Source: the human T2T-CHM13v2.0 reference genome, Homo sapiens
NCBI RefSeq assembly: GCF_009914755.1
Contig: NC_060939.1
Reading direction: 5' to 3' (one strand)
Length of the DNA: 64,000 nt
The notes below the pieces were generated by a model, which saw only the letters and a program-made list of their open reading frames with translations, made no database searches and was not told the origin of the DNA. Positions 26,601-39,660 of the stretch are shown here, piece after piece. Position numbers and translations under genes: made by a program. How positions within the stretch are numbered: position 1 is the first letter of the stretch; each line of letters begins with the position of its first letter.

Positions 26601-29600
26601 TATCCATTCCATTCCAGTCCATTCCATTTGTGTCCACTGCATTCCATTCCACTCCATTCCATATTATTCCATTACACTCCATTCCATTCTATTACTTTCA
26701 TTTCCATTCAATTCCATTCCATTTGATTCCATTCCACTCGGTTTCATTCCATTTGAGTCCACTCCATTCCATTCCATTCCATTCAGTTCCATTCCATTCT
26801 GTTCCATTCCATTCCGTTCCATTACATTCCATTCCATTCGGTTCCATTCCATATTGTTCCATTCGATTCCATTCGAATCCATTCCATTCCAGTCCATTCC
26901 ATTCGATTCCATTCCATTCATTTCAATTCCATTCCATTCCATTCCATTCCATTCCACTTGATTCCTCTCCATTCCCTTCCACTGCATTCCGTTCGATTCC
27001 ATTCCATTGCATTGCATTCCATTCCATTGGACTGCATTCCATTCGATTCCATTCCATTCGAATCAATTACATAGCAATCCATTACATTCGAGTCTATTCT
27101 ATTCCGTTCCATTCGATTTCGTTCCAATCCATTCGATTCCATTCCATTCGATTCCATTCCATACTATTGCATTCCATTCTATTACATTATATTCGAATAA
27201 GTTCCATTCAAGACCATTTCTTTTGAGTCCATTCTATTTGAGTCCATTCCCTTTGATTCCATAACATTTGAGTCCATTCAATTCCACTCCTTTCGTTTCC
27301 ATTCCATTTGATGCCATTCCATTCAATTCTGTTCTACTCGACTCCAATACATTCAATTCCATTCCATCCGATTCCATTACATTCTTTTCATTTCTTATCC
27401 ATTTCAAGCCATTCCACTCCATTCCATTCCACTCGTTTCCTTTCCATTCGAGTCCATTCCTCTCCAGTCCATTCCGTTCAATCCATTCCATTCCAGTCCA
27501 TTCCATTCGAGTCCGTTCCATTCCAGTCCATTCCATTCGAGTCAATTCCATTCCATTCGATGTCTTTCCATAACGATCCATTCCATTCTATTCCTTTCGA
27601 TTCCATTCCATTCTATTTCATTCCATTCGATTCCCTTCCATTGGACTCCTTTCCATTCGAGTGCATTCCATTCCGTTCCATTTCTTTCCGTTCTGTACGA
27701 TTCCTACCGTTCGATTTCATTTTGTTCCAGTCATTTCCTTTCGCGTCCATTCCATTCCTTTTCACTCCATTCGATTCCATTCCACTCGATTCCACTTCGT
27801 TCCATTTCATTGCATTCCATTCTATTCAACTCTATTGCCTTCCATTCCATTCCATTCGATTACATTCCATGCGATTCCATTCGAAATCGAATCAATTACA
27901 TTGCAATCCATTACTATTGAGTCCGTTTTATTCCAGTCCACTGCATTCTGGTCCATTCCATTTGATTCCATTCCAATCTATTCCATTCCATACAGTTGCA
28001 TTCCATTGGATTCCATTCTATATCTATAAATTCAATTCGAGATCATTGCTTTGGAGTCCATTCTATATGATTCCATTCCATTCAAGTCCATTACATTTGG
28101 TTCAATTCCATTCCATTCCATTCCCTTCCATTCCATTCCAGTTGATATCAATCCATTCGATTCCATTCCATTCGAGCACATTCCATTCGAGACCATTCCA
28201 TTCGATGCCATTCCATTTGATTCTATTCCATTAGTCTCCATTCAAATCCATTAATCTCCATTATATTCCATTCTACTCCAACTGATTCCATTCCATTCTA
28301 TTCCTTTCCATTCCATTTCATTCCATTCCATTCCATTTCATTCCATTCCATTCCATTCGCTTCCATTCCATTCGTGTCCACTCCACTCCAGTCCATTCCA
28401 TTTATGTCCATTCCATTCCAGTCCATTCCATTTGTGTCCACTGCATTCCATTCCACTCCATTCCATATTATTCCATTACACTCCATTCCATTCTATTACT
28501 TTCATTTCCATTCAATTCCATTCCATTTGATTCCATTCCACTCGGTTTCATTCCATTTGAGTCCACTCCATTCCATTCCATTCCATTCCATTCAGTTCAT
28601 TTCCATTCTGTTCCAATCCATTCCATTCCATTGCATTCCATTCCATTCGGTACCATTCCATATTGTTCCATTCGATTCCATTCGAATCCATTCCATTCCA
28701 GTCCATTCCATTCGATTCCATTCCATTCCTTTACATTCCATTCCATTCCATTCCATTCCACTTGATTCCACTCCATTCCCTTCCACTGCATTCCATTCGA
28801 TTCCATTCCATTGCATTGCATTCCATTCCATTGGACTGCATTCCATTCGATTCCATTACATTCGAATCAATTACATAGCAATCCATTACATTCGAGTCTA
28901 TTCTATTCCGTTCCATTCGATTTCGTTCCAATCCATTCGATTCCATTCCATTTGATTCCATTCCATACTATTGCATTCCATTCTATTACATTATATTCGA
29001 ATAAGTTCCATTCAAGACCATTTCTTTTGAGTCCATTCTATTTGAGTCCATTCCCTTTGATTCCATAACATTTGAGTCCATTCAATTCCATTCCTTTCGT
29101 TTCCATTCCATTTGATGCCATTCCATTTAATTCTGTTCTACTCGACTCCAATACATTCAATTCCATTCCATCCGATTCCATTACATTCTTTTCATTTCTT
29201 ATCCATTTCAAGCCATTCCTCTCCATTCCATTCCACTCGTTTCCTTTCCATTCGAGTCCATTCCTCTCCAGTCCATTCCGTTCAATCCATTCCATTCCAG
29301 TCCATTCCATTCGAGTCCGTTCCATTCCAGTCCATTCCATTCGAGTCAATTCCATTCCATTCGATGTCTTTCCATAACGATCCATTCCATTCTATTCCTT
29401 TTGATTCCATTCCATTCTATTTCATTCCATTCGATTCCCTTCCATTGGACTCCTTTCCATTCGAGTGCATTCCATTCCGTTCCATTTCTTTCTGTTCTGT
29501 ACGATTCCTACCGTTCGATTTCATTTTGTTCCAGTCCATTCCTTTCGCGTCCATTCCATTCCATTTCACTCCATTCGATTCCATTCCACTCGATTCCACT

Positions 29601-32600
29601 TCGTTCCATTTCATTGCATTCCATTCTATTTAACTCTATTGCCTTCCATTCCATTCCATTCGATTACATTCCATGCGATTCCATTCGAAATCGAATCAAT
29701 TACATTGCAATCCATTACTATTGAGTCCGTTTTATTCCAGTCCACTGCATTCTGGTCTATTCCATTTGATTCCATTCCATTCTATTCCATTCCATACAGT
29801 TGCATTCCATTGGATTCCATTCTATATCTATAAATTCAATTCGAGACCATTGCTTTTGAGTCCCTTCTATATGATTCCATTCCATTCAAGTCCATTACAT
29901 TTGGTTCAATTCCATTCCATTCCATTCCCTTCCATTCCATTCCAATTGATATCAGTCCATTCGATTCCATTCCATTCGAGCACATTCCATTCGAGTCCAT
30001 TCCATTCGATGCCATTCCATTTGATTCTATTCCATTAGTCTCCATTCAATTCCATTAATCTCCATTCCATTCCATTCTACTCCAACTGATTCCATTCCAT
30101 TCTATTCCTTTCCATTCCATTTCATACCATTCCATTCCATTTCATTCCATTGCATTCCATTCGTGTCCTTTCCACTCCAGTCCATTCCATTCGTGTCCAT
30201 TCCATTCCAGTCCATTACATTTGTGTCCACTGCATTCCATTCCACTCCATTCCATATTATTCCATTACACTCCATTCCATTCTATTACTTTCATTTCCAT
30301 TCAATTCCATTCCATTTGATTCCATTCCACTCGGTTTCATTCCATTTGAGTCCACTCCATTCCATTTCATTCCATTCCATTCAGTTCCATTCCATTCTGT
30401 TCCAATCCATTCCATTCCATTGCATTCCATTCCATTCGGTACCATTCCATATTGTTCCATTCGATTCCATTCGAATCCATTCCATTCCAGTCCATTCCAT
30501 TCGATTCCATTCCATTCCTTTACATTCCTTTCCATTCCATTCCATTCCACTTGATTCCACTCCATTCCCTTCCACTGCATTCCATTCGATTCCATTCCAT
30601 TGCATTGCATTCCATTCCATTGGACTGCATTCCATTCGATTCCATTCCTTTCGAATCAATTACATAGCAATCCATTACATTCGAGTCTATTCTATTCCGT
30701 TCCATTCGATTTCGTTCCAATCCATTCGATTCCATTCCATTCGATTCCATTCCATACTATTGCATTCCATTCTATTACATTATATTCGAATAAGTTCCAT
30801 TCAAGACCATTTCTTTTGAGTCCATTCTATTTGAGTCCATTCCCTTTGATTCCATAACATTTGAGTCCATTCAATTCCATTCCTTTCGTTTCCATTCCAT
30901 TTGATGCCATTCCATTCAATTCTGTTCTACTCGTCTCCAATACATTCAATTCCATTCCATCCGATTCCATTACATTCTTTTCATTTCTTATCCATTTCAA
31001 GCCATTCCACTCCATTCCATTCCACTCGTTTCCTTTCCATTCGAGTCCATTCCTCTCCAGTCCATTCCGTTCAATCCATTCCATTCCAGTCCATTCCATT
31101 CGAGTCCGTTCCATTCCAGTCCATTCCATTCGAGTCAATTCCATTCCATTCGATGTCTTTCCATAACGATCCATTCCATTCTATTCCTTTCGATTCCATT
31201 CCATTCTATTTCATTCCATTCGATTCCCTTCCATTGGACTCCTTTCCATTCGAGTGCATTCCATTCCGTTTCATTTCTTTCCGTTCTGTACGATTCCTAC
31301 CGTTCGATTTCATTTTGTTCCAGTCATTTCCTTTCGCGTCCATTCCATTCCTTTTCACTCCATTCGATTCCATTCCACTCGATTCCACTTCGTTCCATTT
31401 CATTGCATTCCATTCTATTCAACTCTATTGCCTTCCATTCCATTCCATTCGATTACATTCCATGCGATTCCATTCGAAATCGAATCAATTACATTGCAAT
31501 CCATTACTATTGAGTCCGTTTTATTCCAGTCCACTGCATTCTGGTCCATTCCATTTGATTCCATTCCATTCTATTCCATTCCATACAGTTGCATTCCATT
31601 GGATTCCATGCTATATCTATAAATTCAATTCGAGACCATTGCTTTTGAGTCCATTCTATATGATTCCATTCCATTCAAGTCCATTACATTTGGTTAAATT
31701 CCATTCCATTCCGTTCAATTCCATTCCATTCCATTCCCTTCCATTCCATTCCAGTTGATATCAATCCATTCGATTCCATTCCATTCGAGCACATTCCATT
31801 CGAGTCCATTCCATTCGATGCCATTCCATTTGATTCTATTCCATTAGTCTCCATTCAATTCCCAATCTCCATTCCATTCCATTCTACTCCAACTGATTCC
31901 ATTCCATTCTATTCCTTTCCATTCCATTTCATTCCATTCCATTCCATTCCATTCCATTCCATTCCATTCTTGTCCATTCCACTCCAGTCCATTCCATTCG
32001 TGTCCATTCCATTCCAGTCCATTCCATTTGTGTCCACTGCATTCCATTCCACTCCATTCCATATTATTCCATTACACTCCATTCCATTCTATTACTTTCA
32101 TTTCCATTCAATTCCATTCCATTTGATTCCATTCCACTCGGTTTCATTCCATTTGAGTCCACTCCATTCCATTCCATTCCATTCCATTCAGTTCCATTCC
32201 GTTCTGTTCCATTCCATTCCGTTCCATTACATTCCATTCCATTCGGTACCATTCCATATTGTTCCATTCGATTCCATTCGAATCCATTCCATTCCAGTCC
32301 ATTCCATTCGATTCCATTCCATTCATTTCAATTCCATTCCATTCCATTCCATTACATTCCACTTGATTCCTCTCCATTCCCTTCCACTGCATTCCGTTCG
32401 ATTCCATTCCATTGCATTGCATTCCATTCCATTGGATTGCATTCCATTCGATTCCATTCCATTCGAATCAATTACATAGCAATCCATTACATTCGAGTCT
32501 ATTCTCTTCCGTTCCATTCGATTTCGTTCCAATCCATTCGATTCCATTCCATTCGATTGCATTCCATACTATTGCATTCCATTCGATTACATTATATTCG

Positions 32601-35130
32601 AATAAGTTCCATTCAAGACCATTTCTTTTGAGTCCATTCTATTTGAGTCCATTCCCTTTGATTCCATAACATTTGAGTCCATTCAATTCCATTCCTTTCG
32701 TTTCCATTCCATTTGATGCCATTCCATTCAATTCTGTTCTACTCGACTCCAATACATTCAATTCCATTCCATCCGATTCCATTACATTCTTTTCATTTCT
32801 TATCCATTTCAAGCCATTCCACTCCATTCCATTCCACTCGTTTCCTTTCCATTCGAGTCCATTCCTCTCCAGTCCATTCCGTTCAATCCATTCCATTCCA
32901 GTCCATTCCATTCGAGTCCGTTCCATTCCAGTCCATTCCATTCGAGTCAATTCCATTCCATTCGATGTCTTTCCATAACGATCCATTCCATTCTATTCCT
33001 TTCGATTCCATTCCATTCTATTTCATTCCATTCGATTCCCTTCCATTGGACTCCTTTCCATTCGAGTGCATTCCATTCCGTTCCATTTCTTTCCGTTCTG
33101 TACGATTCCTACCGTTCGATTTCATTTTGTTCCAGTCCATTCTTTCGCGTCCATTCCATTCCATTTCACTCCATTCGATTCCATTCCACTCGATTCCACT
33201 TCGTTCCATTTCATTGCATTCCATTCTATTTAACTCTATTGCCTTCCATTCCATTCCATTCGATTACATTCCATGCGATTCCATTCGAAATCGAATCAAT
33301 TACATTGCAATCCATTACTATTGAGTCCGTTTTATTCCTGTCCACTGCATTCTGGTCCATTCCATTTGATTTCATTCCATTCTATTCCATTCCATACAGT
33401 TGCATTCCATTGGATTCCATGCTATATCTATAAATTCAATTCGAGACCATTGCTTTTGAGTCCATTCTATATGATTCCATTCCATTCAAGTCCATTACAT
33501 TTGGTTAAATTCCATTCCATTCGGTTCAATTCCATTCCATTCCATTCCCTTCCATTCCATTCCAGTTGATATCAATCCATTCGATTCCATTCCATTCGAG
33601 CACATTCCATTCGAGTCCATTCCATTCGATGCCATTCCATTTGATTCTATTCCATTAGTCTCCATTCAATTCCATTAATCTCCATTCCATTCCATTCTAC
33701 TCCAACTGATTCCATTCCATTCTATTCCTTTCCATTCCATTTCATTCCATTCCATTCCATTCCATTCCATTCCATTCCATTCGTGTCCATTCCACTCCAG
33801 TCCATTCCATTCGTATCCATTCCATTCCAGTCCATTCCATTTGTGTCCACTGCATTCCATTCCACTCCATTCCATATTATTCCATTACACTCCATTCCAT
33901 TCTATTACTTTCATTTCCATTCAATTCCATTCCATTTGATTCCATTCCACTCGGTTTCATTCCATTTGAGTCCACTCCATTCCATTCCATTCCATTCAGT
34001 TCCATTCCATTCTGTTCCATTCCATTCCGTTCCATTACATTCCATTCCATTCGGTTCCATTCCATATTGTTCCATTCGATTCCATTCGAATCCATTCCAT
34101 TCCAGTCCATTCCATTCGATTCCATTCCATTCATTTCAATTCCATTCCATTCCATTCCATTCCATTCCACTTGATTCCTCTCCATTCCCTTCCACTGCAT
34201 TCCGTTCGATTCCATTCCATTGCATTGCATTCCATTCCATTGGACTGCATTCCATTCGATTCCATTCCATTCGAATCAATTACATAGCAATCCATTACAT
34301 TCGAGTCTATTCTATTCCGTTCCATTCGATTTCGTTCCAATCCATTCGATTCCATTCCATTCGATTCCATTCCATACTATTGCATTCCATTCTATTACAT
34401 TATATTCGAATAAGTTCCATTCAAGACCATTTCTTTTGAGTCCATTCTATTTGAGTCCATTCCCTTTGATTCCATAACATTTGAGTCCATTCAATTCCAC
34501 TCCTTTCGTTTCCATTCCATTTGATGCCATTCCATTCAATTCTGTTCTACTCGACTCCAATACATTCAATTCCATTCCATCCGATTCCATTACATTCTTT
34601 TCATTTCTTATCCATTTCAAGCCATTCCACTCCATTCCATTCCACTCGTTTCCTTTCCATTCGAGTCCATTCCTCTCCAGTCCATTCCGTTCAATCCATT
34701 CCATTCCAGTCCATTCCATTCGAGTCCGTTCCATTCCAGTCCATTCCATTCGAGTCAATTCCATTCCATTCGATGTCTTTCCATAACGATCCATTCCATT
34801 CTATTCCTTTCGATTCCATTCCATTCTATTTCATTCCATTCGATTCCCTTCCATTGGACTCCTTTCCATTCGAGTGCATTCCATTCCGTTCCATTTCTTT
34901 CCGTTCTGTACGATTCCTACCGTTCGATTTCATTTTGTTCCAGTCATTTCCTTTCGCGTCCATTCCATTCCTTTTCACTCCATTCGATTCCATTCCACTC
35001 GATTCCACTTCGTTCCATTTCATTGCATTCCATTCTATTCAACTCTATTGCCTTCCATTCCATTCCATTCGATTACATTCCATGCGATTCCATTCGAAAT
35101 CGAATCAATTACATTGCAATCCATTACTAT
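20700..35130 (+). repeat. Tandem duplication of a ~7215 bp four-unit block
   Basis: Spacings 1789, 1814, 1808 recur as 1789, 1812, 1808. Private variants recur at +7215/+7213: ttccaatcta (20756/27971), ctcgtctcc (~23715/~30930), KpnI loss ggttcc (26840/34053), the 1 bp deletion ccattctttcgcg (~25925/~33138) and aattccactcc (~27280/~34493). Confidence 0.9.
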
Positions 35131-35999
35131 TGAGTCCGTTTTATTCCAGTCCACTGCATTCTGGTCCATTCCATTTGATTCCATTCCATTCTATTCCATT
35201 CCATACAGTTGCATTCCATTGGATTCCATGCTATATCTATAAATTCAATTCGAGACCATTGCTTTTGAGTCCATTCTATATGATTCCATTCCATTCAAGT
35301 CCATTACATTTGGTTAAATTCCATTCCATTCGGTTCAATTCCATTCCATTCCATTCCCTTCCATTCCATTCCAGTTGATATCAATCCATTCGATTCCATT
35401 CCATTCGAGCACATTCCATTCGAGTCCATTCCATTCGATGCCATTCCATTTGATTCTATTCCATTAGTCTCCATTCAATTCCATTAATCTCCATTCCATT
35501 CCATTCTACTCCAACTGATTCCATTCCATTCTATTCCTTTCCATTCCATTTCATTCCATTCCATTCCATTCCATTCCATTCCATTCCATTCTTGTCCATT
35601 CCACTCCAGTCCATTCCATTCGTGTCCATTCCATTCCAGTCCATTCCATTTGTGTCCACTGCATTCCATTCCACTCCATTCCATATTATTCCATTACACT
35701 CCATTCCATTCTATTACTTTCATTTCCATTCAATTCCATTCCATTTGATTCCATTCCACTCGGTTTCATTCCATTTGAGTCCACTCCATTCCATTCCATT
35801 CCATTCCATTCAGTTCCATTCCGTTCTGTTCCATTCCATTCCGTTCCATTACATTCCATTCCATTCGGTACCATTCCATATTGTTCCATTCGATTCCATT
35901 CGAATCCATTCCATTCCAGTCCATTCCATTCGATTCCATTCCATTCATTTCAATTCCATTCCATTCCATTCCATTACATTCCACTTGATTCCTCTCCAT

Positions 36000-38900
36000 T
36001 CCCTTCCACTGCATTCCGTTCGATTCCATTCCATTGCATTGCATTCCATTCCATTGGATTGCATTCCATTCGATTCCATTCCATTCGAATCAATTACATA
36101 GCAATCCATTACATTCGAGTCTATTCTATTCCTTTCCATTCGATTTCGTTCCAATCCATTCGATTCCATTCCATTCGATTCCATTCCATACTATTGCATT
36201 CCATTCGATTACATTATATTCGAATAAGTTCCATTCAAGACCATTTCTTTTGAGTCCATTCTATTTGAGTCCATTCCCTTTGATTCCATAACATTTGAGT
36301 CCATTCAATTCCATTCCTTTCGTTTCCATTCCATTTGATGCCATTCCATTCAATTCTGTTCTACTCGACTCCAATACATTCAATTCCATTCCATCCGATT
36401 CCATTACATTCTTTTCATTTCTTATCCATTTCAAGCCATTCCACTCCATTCCATTCCTCTCGTTTCCTTTCCATTCGAGTCCATTCCTCTCCAGTCCATT
36501 CCGTTCAATCCATTCCATTCCAGTCCATTCCATTCGAGTCCGTTCCATTCCAGTCCATTCCATTTGAGTCAATTCCATTCCATTCGATGTCTTTCCATAA
36601 CGATCCATTCCATTCTATTCCTTTCGATTCCATTCCATTCTATTTCATTCCATTCGATTCCCTTCCATTGGACTCCTTTCCATTCGAGTGCATTCCATTC
36701 CTTTCCATTTCTTTCCGTTCTGTACGATTCCTACCGTTCGATTTCATTTTGTTCCAGTCCATTCCTTTCGAGTCCATTCCATTCCATTTCACTCCATTCG
36801 ATTCCATTCCACTCGATTCCACTTCGTTCCATTTCATTGCATTCCATTCTATTCACTCTATTGCCTTCCATTCCATTCCATTCGATTACATTCCATGCGA
36901 TTCCGTTCGAAATCGAATCAATTACATTGCAATCCATTACTATTGAGTCCGTTTTATTCCAGTCCACTGCATTCTGGTCCATTCCATTTGATTCCAATCC
37001 ATTCTATTCCATTCCATACAGTTGCATTCCATTGGTTTCCATGCTATATCTATAAATTCAATTCGAGACCATTGCTTTTGAGTCCATTCTATATGATTCC
37101 ATTCCATTCATTTCCATTACATTTGGTTCAATTCCATTCCATTCCATTCCCTTCCATTCCATTCCATTTAATATCAATCCATTCGATTCCATTCCATTCG
37201 AGCACATTCCATTCGAGTCCATTCCATTCGATGCCATTCCATTTGATTCTATTCCATTAGTCTCCATTCAATTCCATTAATCTCCATTCCATTCCATTCT
37301 ACTCCAACTGATTCCATTCCATTCTATTCCTTTCCATTCCATTTCATTCCATTCCATTCCATTTCATTCCATTCCATTCCATTCGTGTCCATTCCACTCC
37401 AGTCCATTCCATTCGTGTCCATTCCATTCCAGTCCATTCCAGTTGTGTCCACTGCATTCCATTCCACTCCATTCCATATTATTCCATTACACTCCATTCC
37501 ATTCTATTACTTTCATTTCCCTTCAATTCCATTCCATTTGATTCCATTCCACTCGGTTTCATTCCATTTGAGTCCACTCCATTCCATTCCATTCCATTCC
37601 ATTCAGTTCCATTCCATTCTGTTCCATTCCATTCCGTTCCATTACATTCCATTCCATTCGGTACCATTCCATATTGTTCCATTCGATTCCATTCGAATCC
37701 ATTCCATTCCAGTCCATTCCATTCGATTCCATTCCATTCATTTCAATTCCATTCCATTCCATTCCATTACATTCCACTTGATTCCTCTCCATTCCCTTCC
37801 ACTGCATTCCGTTCGATTCCATTCCATTGCATTGCATTCCATTCCATTGGATTGCATTCCATTCGATTCCATTCCATTCGAATCAATTACATAGCAATCC
37901 ATTACATTCGAGTCTATTCTATTCCTTTCCATTCGATTTCGTTCCAATCCATTCGATTCCATTCCATTCGATTCCATTCCATACTATTGCATTCCATTCG
38001 ATTACATTATATTCGAATAAGTTCCATTCAAGACCATTTCTTTTGAGTCCATTCTATTTGAGTCCATTCCCTTTGATTCCATAACATTTGAGTCCATTCA
38101 ATTCCATTCCTTTCGTTTCCATTCCATTTGATGCCATTCCATTCAATTCTGTTCTACTCGACTCCAATACATTCAATTCCATTCCATCCGATTCCATTAC
38201 ATTCTTTTCATTTCTTATCCATTTCAAGCCATTACACTCCATTCCATTCCACTCGTTTCCTTTCCATTCGAGTCCATTCCTCTCCAGTCCATTCCGTTCA
38301 ATCCATTCCATTCCAGTCCATTCCATTCGAGTCCGTTCCATTCCAGTCCATTCCATTTGAGTCAATTCCATTCCATTCGATGTCTTTCCATAACGATCCA
38401 TTCCATTCTATTCCTTTCGATTCCATTCCATTCTATTTCATTCCATTCGATTCCCTTCCATTGGACTCCTTTCCATTCGAGTGCATTCCATTCCTTTCCA
38501 TTTCTTTCCGTTCTGTACGATTCCTACCGTTCGATTTCATTTTGTTCCAGTCCATTCCTTTCGAGTCCATTCCATTCCATTTCACTCCATTCGATTCCAT
38601 TCCACTCGATTCCACTTCGTTCCATTTCATTGCATTCCATTCTATTCACTCTATTGCCTTCCATTCCATTCCATTCGATTACATTCCATGCGATTCCATT
38701 CGAAATCGAATCAATTACATTGCAATCCATTACTATTGAGTCCGTTTTATTCCAGTCCACTGCATTCTGGTCCATTCCATTTGATTCCATTCCATTCTAT
38801 TCCATTCCATACAGTTGCATTCCATTGGTTTCCATGCTATATCTATAAATTCAATTCGAGACCATTGCTTTTGAGTCCATTCTATATGATTCCATTCCAT

Positions 38901-39500
38901 TCATTTCCATTACATTTGGTTCAATTCCATTCCATTCCATTCCCTTCCATTCCATTCCATTTAATATCAATCCATTCGATTCCATTCCATTCGAGCACAT
39001 TCCATTCGAGTCCATTCCATTCGATGCTATTCCATTTGATTCTATTCCATTAGTCTCCATTCAATTCCATTAATCTCCATTCCATTCCATTCTACTCCAA
39101 CTGATTCCATTCCATTCTATTCCTTTCCATTCCATTTCATTCCATTCCATTCCATTTCATTCCATTCCATTCCATTCGTGTCCATTCCACTCCAGTCCAT
39201 TCCATTCGTGTCCATTCCATTCCAGTCCATTCCAGTTGTGTCCACTGCATTCCATTCCACTCCATTCCATATTATTCCATTACACTCCATTCCATTCTAT
39301 TACTTTCATTTCCCTTCAATTCCATTCCATTTGATTCCATTCCACTCGGTTTCATTCCATTTGAGTCCACTCCATTCCATTCCATTCCATTCCATTCAGT
39401 TCCATTCCATTCTGTTCCATTCCATTCCGTTCCATTACATTCCATTCCATTCGGTACCATTCCATATTGTTCCATTCGATTCCATTCGAATCCATTCCAT
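36000..39500 (+). repeat. Tandem duplication of a single 1793 bp variant unit
   Basis: Units at 36261 and 38054 uniquely share catttgagtcaatt, cctttcgagtcc, the 1 bp deletion attcactcta, attggtttcc, catttaatatc, ccagttgtgtcc and cccttcaatt. ctattcctttccattcg recurs at ~36126/~37919. Confidence 0.88.
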
Positions 39501-39510
39501 TCCAGTCCAT

Positions 39511-39660
39511 TCCATTCGATTCCATTCCATTCATTTCAATTCCATTCCATTCCATTCCATTACATTCCACTTGATTCCTCTCCATTCCATTCTATTCCAT
39601 TCCATTCATTTCAATTCCATTCCATTCCATTACATTACATTCCACTTGATTCCTCTCCAT
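39511..39660 (+). repeat. Local 75 bp (15-pentamer) tandem duplication
   Basis: tcatttcaat occurs at 39531 and 39606 and ttgattcctc at 39571 and 39646. The unit length is 1868 = 1793 + 75. Confidence 0.9.
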
